DNA of 64,000 nt from Pristiophorus japonicus. Taxonomy: Eukaryota. A program made the translations under genes and the position numbers. Of this stretch, positions 1-9,839 are shown piece after piece; the stretch's first letter is position 1; each line of letters opens with the position of its first letter. The stretch lies in assembly GCF_044704955.1 (NCBI RefSeq), contig NC_091987.1, forward strand, positions 126,852,001 through 126,916,000. The letters run 5' to 3'. The notes beneath the pieces were generated by a model. The model saw nothing but the letters and a program-made list of their open reading frames with translations. It ran no database searches and had not been told where the DNA came from.

Positions 1-621
1 TTGGGACTGTGTGAACAGTGTGTGTGGGACTGTGTGAACAGTGTGCGTGTGGGACTGTGTGAAAAGTGCGTGTGGGACTGTGTGAACATTATGTGTGGGT
101 CTGTGTGAACAGTGTGTGTGGGACTGTGTGAGCAGTGTGTGTGTGGCACTGTGTGAACAGTGTGTGTGTGGGACTGTGTGAACAGTGTGTGTGCGACTGT
201 GTGAGCAGTGTGCGTGGGACTGTGTGCAAGGTGTGTGTTTGGGACTCTGTGAACAGTGTGTGTGGGACTGTGTGAACAGTGTGTGTGTGGGACTGTGTGA
301 GCAGTGTGTGTGGGTCTCAGGTGAACACTGTGTGTGTGTGGGACTGTGTGAACACTGTGTGTGGGTCTGTGTTGAACACTGTGTATGGGACTGTGAAAAC
401 AATATGTGTGGGACTGTGAACACTGTGTGTGTGTGCGAGACTGTGTGAACCGTGTGTGTGGGTTTGTGTTGAACACTGTGCATTGGACTGTGAAAACACT
501 GCGTGTGGGACTGTGAACACTGTGTGTGTGACTGTGTGAAAAGTGTGTGTGGGACTGTGAACACTGTTTGTGTATAACTTTGTGAACAGTGTGTGTGGGA
601 CCGTGAACACTGTGTGTGGAC

Positions 622-935
622 GAAATAACTAAAAAGAATTGCTGAGGTGACCCGAATATAGTTTGGTACTCAATACATCCAGCCAATTTAGCACTTGTAA
701 CTGAATGACAATGTCCCAAGGTTATCCGTGGGCTGTACACCTCATGATCGATCATCTGGTGACTTTTTTCGGGCTTCCGCGGCCTTCTTGAATTCTTCAA
801 GCTTCTTATAGATATTTGGAATCTGACAATTTTGGCCTAGATACATTCCCATTAGGTTTCCAAAAGTAAATCCTAACAGGATCTGAAAGATCCTTCGCTC
901 TGAACCTGGGTGTACCTGGGACCCACTCTCACCTT
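622..935 (-). pseudogene. STMP1: STMP1-like processed pseudogene, copy 1 (subfamily A)
   Basis: 891->742 translates [49 protein letters not shown], collinear with human STMP1 as recalled ([47 protein letters not shown]). ATC at the Met1 position (889-891), no introns, ~44 nt 5' flank and ~120 nt 3'UTR-like flank, no poly(A). Confidence 0.88.
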
Positions 936-2397
936 GCGTGGGACTGTGTGAACAGTGTACGTGGGATGGTGAACACTGTGTGTGGGATTGTGTGAACATT
1001 ATGCCTATAGGACTGTGTGAACACTGTGTGTGGGACAGTGTGAACAGTATGTGTGTGGGATTGTGTGAACAGTGTGTGTGGGACTGTGTGAACAATGTGT
1101 GTGGGACTGTGTGAACACTGTGTGTGGGACAGTGTGAACAGTGTGTGTGTGGGATTGTGTGAACAGTGTGTGTGGGAATGTGTGAACAGTGTGTGTGGGA
1201 CTGCGTGAAAAGAGTGTGTGGAACTGCGTGAACACTGTGTGTGGGATTTTGTGAACAGTGTGTGTGGGACTGTGTAAACAGTGTGTGTGGGACTGTATGA
1301 ACACTGAGTGTGGGATCGTGTGAATACTGTGTGTGGGACTGTGTGAACAGTGTGTGTGGGACTGTGTTGAACACTGTGTATGGGGCTGTGTAAACAATGT
1401 GTGTGGGACTGTGAGAATACTGTGTGTGGGATTTTGTGAACACATTGTGTGGGATTGTGTCAACATGGTATGTGGGACTATGTGGACACTGTGTGTGGGA
1501 TCGTGTGAATACTGTGTGTGGGACTGTGTGAACAGTTTGTGTGGGACTGTGTGAACACTGTGTGTGGGACTATCTGAACAGTATGTGTGTGGGACTGTGT
1601 GAACACTGTGTATGGGACTGCCTGAACAGTGTGTGTGGGACTGTGTGAACACTGTGTGCGGGACTGTGTGAACAATGTGTGTGGGACTGTGTGAACTGTG
1701 TGTGTGTGGGACTGTGTGAACAGTGCGTGTGGGACTGTGTGAACCCTGTGTGAGGGACTGTGTGAACAATGTGTGTGGGATAGTGTGAACAGTGTGTGTT
1801 TGGGACTGTGTGAACAGTGTGTGTGGGACTGTGTGAACAGTGTGCGTGTGGGACTGTGTGAACATTATGTGTGGGTCTGTGTGAACAGTGTGTGTGGGAC
1901 TGTGTGAGCAGTGTGTGTGTGGCACTGTGTGAACAGTGTGTGTGTGGGACTGTGTGAACAGTGTGTGTGCGACTGTGTGAGCAGTGTGCGTGGGACTGTG
2001 TGCAAGGTGTGTGTTTGGGACTCTGTGAACAGTGTGTGTGGGACTGTGTGAACAGTGTGTGTGTGGGACTGTGTGAGCAGTGTGTGTGGGTCTCAGGTGA
2101 ACACTGTGTGTGTGTGGGACTGTGTGAACACTGTGTGTGGGTCTGTGTTGAACACTGTGTATGGGACTGTGAAAACAATATGTGTGGGACTGTGAACACT
2201 GTGTGTGTGTGCGAGACTGTGTGAACTGTGTGTGTGGGTTTGTGTTGAACACTGTGCATTGGACTGTGAAAACACTGTGTGTGGGACTGTGAACACTGTG
2301 TGTGTGACTGTGTGAAAAGTGTGTGTGGGACTGTGAACACTGTTTGTGTATAACTTTGTGAACAGTGTGTGTGGGACCGTGAACACTGTGTGTGGAC

Positions 2398-2711
2398 GAA
2401 ATAACTAAAAAGAATTGCTGAGGTGACCCGAATATAGTTTGGTACTCAATACATCCAGCCAATTTAGCACTTGTAACTGAATGACAATGTCCCAAGGTTA
2501 TCCGTGGGCTGTACACCTCATGATCGATCATCTGGTGACTTTTTTCGGGCTTCCGCGGCCTTCTTGAATTCTTCAAGCTTCTTATAGATATTTGGAATCT
2601 GACAATTTTGGCCTAGATACATTCCCATTAGGTTTCCAAAAGTAAATCCTAACAGGATCTGAAAGATCCTTCGCTCTGAACCTGGGTGTACCTGGGACCC
2701 ACTCTCACCTT
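2398..2711 (-). pseudogene. STMP1: STMP1-like processed pseudogene, copy 2 (subfamily A, apparently identical to copy 1)
   Basis: CDS-homologous segment 2667->2518 gives the same translation as copy 1. Offset from copy 1 is exactly 1776 bp. ATC at the start position. Confidence 0.88.
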
Positions 2712-3440
2712 GCGTGGGACTGTGTGAACAGTGTACGTGGGATGGTGAACACTGTGTGTGGGATTGTGTGAACATTATGCCTATAGGACTGTGTGAACAC
2801 TGTGTGGGACAGTGTGAACATTATGTGTGTGGGATTGTGTGAACAGTGTGTGTGGGACTGTGTGAACAATGTGTGTGGGACTGTGTGAACACTCTGTCTG
2901 GGACTGTGAACAGACTGTGTGGGACTATGTGAACACTGTGTGTGGAACTGTGTGAACATTATGTCTGTAGGACTGTGTGAACACTGTGTGTGGGACAGTG
3001 TGAACAGTATGTGTGTGGGACTGTGTGAACAGTGTGTGTGGGACTGTGTAAAGAGTGTGTGAGGGACTGTATGAACACTGAGTGTGGGATCGTGTGAACA
3101 TTGTGTGTGGGACTGTGTGAACAGTGTCTGTGGAATTTTGTGAACACTGTGTGTGGCACTGTGTGAACATGTGAACAGTGCGTGTGGGACTGTGTGAACA
3201 TTGTGTGTGGGACTGTGTGAACAGTGTGTGTGTGGGACTGTGTGAACAGTGCGTGTGGGTCTGTGTGAACACTGTGTGAGGGACTGTGTGAACGATGTGT
3301 GTGGGACTGTGAACACTGTGTGTGAGACTGTGAACACTGTGTGTGTGACTATGTGAAAAGTGTGTGTGGGACTGTGAACACTGTTTGTGTATAACTTTGT
3401 GAACAGTGTGTGTGGGACCGTGTACACTGCGTGTGGGACT

Positions 3441-3753
3441 AAATAAATAAATAGAATTGCTGAGGTGACCCGAATACAGTTTGGTACTCAATTCATCCAG
3501 CCAATTTAGCACTTGGAACTGAATGCCAATGTCCCAAGGTTATCCTTGGGCTGCACACCTCATGATCGATCATCTGTTGGCCTTTTTCGGGCTTCCGCGG
3601 CCTTCTTGAATTCTTCAAGCTTCTTATAGATATTTGGAATCTGACAATTTTGGGCTAGATACATTCCCACTCGGTTTCTAAAAGTAAATCCGAACAGGAT
3701 CTGAAAGATCCTTCGCTCTGAACCTGGGTTTACCTGGGACCCACTCTCACCTT
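3441..3753 (-). pseudogene. STMP1: STMP1-like processed pseudogene, copy 3 (subfamily B)
   Basis: 3709->3560 translates [49 protein letters not shown]. Two arginines (R11, R13) disrupt the hydrophobic segment. ATC at the start position. Confidence 0.88.
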
Positions 3754-4860
3754 GCGTGGGACGGTGAATAGTGTTTGTGGGATTGTGTGAACAGTGTGTG
3801 TGGGACTGTGTAAACAATGTGTGTGGGACTGTATGAACACTGAGTGTGGGATCGTGTGAATACTGTGTGTGGGACTGTGTGAACAGTGTGTGTGGGACTG
3901 TGTTGAACACTGTCTATGGGGCTGTGTAAACAATGTGTGTGGGACTGTGAGAATACTGTGTGTGGGATTTTGTGAACACATTGTGTGGGATTGTGTCAAC
4001 AGGGTGTGTGGGACTCTGTGGACACTGTGTGTGGGATCGTGTGAATACTGTGTGTGGGACTGTGTGAACAGTGTGTGTTGGACTGTGTGAACACTGTGTG
4101 TGGGACTATCTGAACAGTATGTGTGTGGGACTGTGTGAACACTGTGTATGGGACTGCCTGAACAGTGTGTGTGGGACTGTGTGAACACTGTGTGAGGGAC
4201 TGTGTGAACAATGTGTGTGGGACAGTGTGAACTGTGTGTGTGTGGGACTGTGTGAACAGTGCGTGTGGGACTGTGTGAACCCTGTGTGAGGGACTGTGTG
4301 AACAATGTGTGTGGGACAGTGTGAACAGTGTGTGTTTGGGACTGTGTGAACAGTGTGTGTGGGACTGTGTGAACAGTGTGCGTGTGGGACTGTGTGAAAA
4401 GTGCGTGTGGGACTGTGTGAACATTATGTGTGGGTCTGTGTGAACAGTGTGTGTGGGACTGTGTGAACAGTGTGTGTGTGGCACTGTGTGAACAGTGTGT
4501 GTGGGACTGTGTGAACAGTGTGTGTGTGGGACTGTGTGAGCAGTGTGTGTGGGTCTCAGGTGAACACTGTGTGTGTGTGGGACTGTGTGAACACTGTGTG
4601 TGGGTCTGTGTTGAACACTGTGTATGGGACTGTGAAAACAATATGTGTGGGACTGTGCACACTGTGTGTGTGTGCGAGACTGTGTGAACTGTGTGTGTGG
4701 GTTTGTGTTGAACACTGTGCATTGGACTGTGAAAACACTGTGTGTGGGACTGTGAACACTGTGTGTGTGACTGTGTGAAAAGTGTGTGTGGGACTGTGAA
4801 CACTGTTTGTGTATTACTTTGTGAACAGTGTGTGTGGGACCGTGAACACTGTGTGTGGAT

Positions 4861-5164
4861 GAAATAACTAAAAAGAATTGCTGAGGTGACCCGAATACAG
4901 TTTGGTACTCAATACATCCAGCCAATTTAGCACTTGTAACTGAATGACAATGTCCCAAGGTTATCCGTGGGCTGTACACCTCATGATCGATCATCTGGTG
5001 ACTTTTTTCGGGCTTCCGCGGCCTTCTTGAATTCTTCAAGCTTCTTATAGATATTTGGCATCTGACAATTTTGGGCTAGATACATTCCCATTAGGTTTCC
5101 AAAAGTAAATCCTAACAGGATCTGAAAGATCCTTCGCTCTGAACCTGGGACCCACTCTCACCTT
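4861..5164 (-). pseudogene. STMP1: STMP1-like processed pseudogene, copy 4 (subfamily A, 10-bp 5' deletion)
   Basis: 5130->4981 translates [49 protein letters not shown]. Lacks tgtacctggg between the two acctggg direct repeats of the 5' flank. Confidence 0.88.
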
Positions 5165-5636
5165 GCGTGGGACTGTGTGAACAGTGTACGTGGGACGGTG
5201 AACACTGCGTGTGGGGCTGTGTGAACAGTGTGTGTGGCACTGTGTAAAGAGTGTGTGAGGGACTGTATGAACACTGAGTGTGGGATCGTATGAACATTGT
5301 GTGTGGGACTGTGTGAACAGTGTCTGTGGAATTTTGTGAACACTGTGTGTGGCACTGTGTGAACATGTGAACAGTGCGTGTGGGACTGTGTGAACACTGT
5401 GTGTGGGACTGTGTGAACAGTGTGTGTGTGGGACTGTGTGAACAGTGCGTGTGGGTCTGTGTGAACACTGTGTGAGGGACTGTGTGAACGATGTGTGTGG
5501 GACTGTGAACACTGTGTGTGAGACTGTGAACACTGTGTGTGTGACTATGTGAAAAGTGTGTGTGGGACTGTGAACACTGTTTGTGTGTAACTTTGTGAAC
5601 AGTGTGTGTGGGACCGTGTACACTGCGTGTGGGACT

Positions 5637-5949
5637 AAATAAATAAATAGAATTGCTGAGGTGACCCGAATACAGTTTGGTACTCAATTCATCCAGCCAA
5701 TTTAGCACTTGTAACTGAATGCCAATGTCCCAAGGTTATCCGTGGGCTGCACACCTCATGATCGATCATCTGTTGGCCTTTTTCAGGCTTCCGCGGCCTT
5801 CTTGAATTCTTCAAGCTTCTTATAGATATTTGGAATCTGACAATTTTGGGCTAGATACATTCCCACTAGGTTTCTAAAAGTAAATCCGAACAGGATCGGA
5901 AAGATCCTTCGCTCTGAACCTGGGTTTACCTGGGACCCACTCTCACCTT
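5637..5949 (-). pseudogene. STMP1: STMP1-like processed pseudogene, copy 5 (subfamily B, premature stop)
   Basis: 5905->5756 translates [43 protein letters not shown]->TGA nonsense at codon 41 (5783-5785), Q3P, ATC at the start position. Confidence 0.9.
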
Positions 5950-8900
5950 GCATGGGACGGTGAATAGTGTTTGTGGGATTGTGTGAACACTGTGTGTGGG
6001 ATTGTGTCTACAGTGTGTGTGGGACAGTGTGAACAGTATGTGTGTGGGACTATGTGAACAGTGTGTTTGGGACTGTGTGAACAGTCTGTGTGGGACAGCG
6101 TGAACACTGTTTGTGGGACTGTGTGAACACTGTGTGTGGGACTATGTGAACACAGTGTGGGACTGTGTGAACACTGTGTGTGGGACTGTGTGAACACTGT
6201 GTATGGATCTGTGTGAATACTGTGTATGGGACTGTGAACAGTGTGTGTGGGAGACTGTGTGAACAGTGTATGTGTGATTATGTAAACGGTGTGTGTGTGA
6301 CTGTGCGAACACCGTGTGTGGGACTGTGTGAACAGTGTGTGTGCGACTGTGTGAACACTGTGTATGTGGGACTGTGTGAATGATGTGTGTGGGACTGTTT
6401 AAACAGTGTGTGTGGGACTGTGTAGACAGTTTGTGTGAGACTTTATGAACAGTGTGTTTGCGGGACTGTGTGAACAGTGTGTGTTGGACTTAGTGAACAG
6501 TGTGTGTGGGACTGTGTGAACAATGTGTCTGGGACTGTGTGAATAGAGTGTGGGACTGTGTGAACACTGTGTGTGGGACTGTGTGAACAGTGTGTGTGGG
6601 ACTGTGTGAATAGAGTGTGGGACTGTGTGAACACTGCATGTGGGACTGTGTGAACAGTGTGTGTGGGACTGTGTAAAGAATGTGTGAGGGACTGTATGAT
6701 CACTGAGTGTGGGATCGTGTGAACACTGTGTGTGGGACTGTGTGAACAGTTTGTGTGGAACTGTGTGAACACTGTGTGTGGGACTGTGTGAACAGTGCAT
6801 GTGGGACTGTGTGAGCACTGTGTGTGGGACTTTGTGAACAATGTGTGTGGGACTGTGCGAACAATGAGTGTGTGGCTGTGTGAAAAGTGTGTGTGGGATC
6901 GTGAACACAGTGCATGTGGGACTATGTGAACACAGTGTGTGGGACTGTGTGAACACTGTGTGCGGGTCTGTGTGAACACTGTGTGTGGGTCTGTGTGAAC
7001 AGTATTTGTGTGGGACTGTGAGAATAGTGTATGAGTATTATGTGAACGGTGTGTGTGCGACTGTGCGAACACTGTGTGTGGGACTGTGTGAACAGTGTGT
7101 GTGCGACTGTGTGAACAGTGTGTGTGGGACTGTGTGAACAATGTGTGTGCGACAGTGTGAACACTGTGTATGTGGGACTGGGTGAACCATGTGTGTGGGA
7201 CTATTTGAACAGTGTGTGTGAGACTGTGTGAACAGTGTGTGTGTGTGGGGCTGTGTGAGCACGGTGTATGGGAATGTGTGAACACTTTTGGTGCGACTGT
7301 GTGAACACACTGTGTGTGGGACTGTGTGAACACTGTGTATGGGGACTGTGTAACCAGTTTGTGTGGGACTGTGAACACTGTGTGTGTGTGACTTTGTGAA
7401 CAGCGTGTGTGAGACCGTGAACACTGTGTGTGTGGGACTGTATGAACACTGTGTGTGGGGGACTATGTGAACAGTGTGGGTAGGTCTGTGTTGAACACTA
7501 CGTGTGGGACTGTGTAAACCGTGTGTGTGTGACTGTGAACAGTGTGTATGAGACTGTGTGAACACTGTTTGTGGGACTGTGTGAACAGTGTGTGTGGGAC
7601 AGTGTGAACACTGTGTGTGGGTCTGGTGAACAGTGTATGTGGGACCGTGTTGAACACTGTGTGTGCGACTGTGTGAATAGAATAGAGTGTGTGGGACTGT
7701 GTGATCAGTGAGTGTGGGACTGTGCGAACAGTGTGTGTGGGACTGTGTGAACAGTGTGTGTGGGACAATGTGAACACTGTGTGTGGGACTGTGTGAACAT
7801 TGTGTGTGGCAATGTGTGAACAGTTTCTGTGGGATGGTGTGAACAGTGTGTGTAGGACTGTGTAAACAGTGTGTGTGGGAATGTGTAAACAGTGTGTGTG
7901 GGAATGTGTGAACAGTGTGTGTGAGACTGTGTGAACAGTATCTGTGGGACTGTGTAAACAGTGTGTGTGGGACTGTGTGAACACTGTCTTATGGGACTGT
8001 GTCAACAGTGTGTGTGGGACTGTGTGAACACTGTGTGGGACTGTGTGAACACTGTTTGTGGGACTGTGCGAACACTGTGGGACTGTGTGAACAGTACGTG
8101 TGAGATTATACGAACAGTGTGTGTGTGACTGTGTGAACACTGTGTGTGGGACTGTGTGAACAGTATGTGTACGACTGTGTGAGCACTGTGTGTGGAACTG
8201 TTTGAACACTGTGTATGGGACTGTGTGAACAATGTTTGTGCGACTGTGTGAACACTGTGTGTTGGACTGTGTGAACAATGTGTCTGGGACTGTTTGAACA
8301 GTGTGTGTGGGACTGTGTACACAGTGTGTATGGGGCTGTGTGATCACTTTGTCTGTAGGACTGTGTTAACACTGTGTGTGGGACAGTGTGAACAGTGTGT
8401 GTGTGGGACTGTGTGAACAGTGTGTGTGTGACTGTGTGAACAGTGTGTGTGGAACTGTGTGAATAGAGTGTGGGACTGTGTGAACAGTGTGTGTGACACT
8501 GTGTAAAGAGTGTGTGAGGGAGTATGAACACTGAGTGTGGGACTGTGTAAACAGTGTGTGTGGGTCTGTGAACACTGTGTGTGTGTGACTGTGTGAAAAG
8601 TGTGTGTGGGACTGTGTGTATAACTTTGTGAACAATGTGTGTGGTACCATGAACACAATGTGTGTGGGACTGTGTGAACACTGTTTGTGGGACTGTGTGA
8701 ACAGTGTGTGTGGGATTGTGTGAACAGTGTGTGTGGGATCGTGTGAACACTGTGTGTGGGATTGTGTGAACAGTGTGTGTATGACTGTGTGAACACTGTG
8801 TGTGGGATTGTGTGAACGGTGTGTGTGGGACTGTGTAAACAGCATGTATGTGTGGGACTGTGTTCACAGAGTGTGTGGGATTTTGTGAACACTGTTTGTG

Positions 8901-9526
8901 GAGCTATGTGAACACAGTGTGGGACTGTGTGAACACTGTGTGTGGGTCTGTGTGAACACTGTGTGTGGGACTGTGTAGTGTGTGGGACTGTGTGAACAGT
9001 GTATGTGTGATTATGTGAACAGTGCGTGTGTGATTGTGCGAAAACTGTGTGTGGGGCTGTGTGAACAGTGTGTATGCGATTGTGTGAACACTGTGTATGT
9101 GGGACTGTGTGAACGATGTGTGTGGGACTGTTTGAACAGTTTGTGTGGGACTGTGTGAACAGTGTGTGTGTGGGACTGTGTGAACAGCGTGTGTGGGTTT
9201 GTGTGAACACTGTGTATGGAACTGTGTGAACAGTGCGTGTGGGACAGTGTGAACAGTGTGTGTGTGGGACTGTGTGAACAATGTGTGTGGAACTGTGAGA
9301 ACAATGTGTGTGGGACTCTGCGATCACTGTGTGTGTGACTGTATGAACAATGTGTGTGGGACTGCGTGAACAGTGTACGTGGGACTGTGTGAATTCTGTA
9401 TGTGAGACTGCGTGAACACTGTGTGTGGGACTATGTGAACACTGTGTGTGGGACTGTGTGAACACTGTGTGTATATAACTTTGTGAACAGTGTGTGTGGG
9501 ACATTGAACACAGTGTGTGTGGGACT

Positions 9527-9839
9527 AAATAAAATAATAGAATTGCTGAGATGACCAGAATACAGTTTGGTACTCAATTCATCCATCCAATTTAGCACTT
9601 GTAACTGAATGCCAATGTCCCAAGGTTATCCATGGGCTGTACACCACATGATCGATCATCTGGTGGCCTTTTTCGGGCTTCCGCAGCCTTATTGAATTGT
9701 TCAAGCTTCTTATAGATATTTGGAATCTGATAATTTTGGGCTAGATACATTCCCACTAGGTTTCTAAAAGTAAATCCGAACAGGATCTGAAAGATCCTTC
9801 GCTCTGAACCTGGGTGTACCTGGGCCCCACTCTCACCTT
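9527..9839 (-). pseudogene. STMP1: STMP1-like processed pseudogene, copy 6 (subfamily B-like, stop codon lost)
   Basis: 9795->9646 translates [49 protein letters not shown]. The stop TGA->TGT (9646-9648) reads through [18 protein letters not shown] to TAA at 9592-9594. Retains the ancestral-type YLAQNY and PP motifs. Confidence 0.88.

Larger units (their letters stand above)
1..5949. repeat. Composite higher-order repeat: satellite blocks plus STMP1 island (A and B units)
   Basis: Identical ORF-track peptides at 185 and 1961 (offset 1776) and a related one at 4430. Block ~1250-2711 recurs at ~3780-5164. Block ~3030-3753 recurs at ~5210-5949. Confidence 0.85.

Noticed and set aside
185-448. 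Short plus-strand Cys/Val-rich ORFs (CxxC; metallothionein, keratin-associated or zinc-finger-like)
   Set aside because: They are direct translations of (TG)n-rich monomers, mostly with GTG/TTG starts, and end at the TGA present in each monomer.
622-935. Islands as a SINE/MITE or other mobile element
   Set aside because: No Pol III A/B boxes, terminal inverted repeats or tails were recognised. Shared flanks in all copies show they spread by tandem duplication rather than independent insertion.
925-937. Splice-donor-like CAAG|GTGAGA at the 5' end of each island (minus strand), suggesting the island is a genomic exon/intron piece
   Set aside because: The full STMP1 frame follows only ~40 nt later without interruption, with no polypyrimidine tract or convincing acceptor. 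It is more simply read as 5'UTR, though it cannot be excluded without the parent locus.
1005-2576. ORF starting [12 protein letters not shown]... (also 3996..5039)
   Set aside because: This is an alternative frame of the STMP1 island with a non-ATG start, running into stop-free satellite. It has no independent coding signal.
3441-3454. AATAAA polyadenylation signals at the island edge
   Set aside because: They lie on the plus strand, antisense to the STMP1 frame, so they are not its poly(A) signal.
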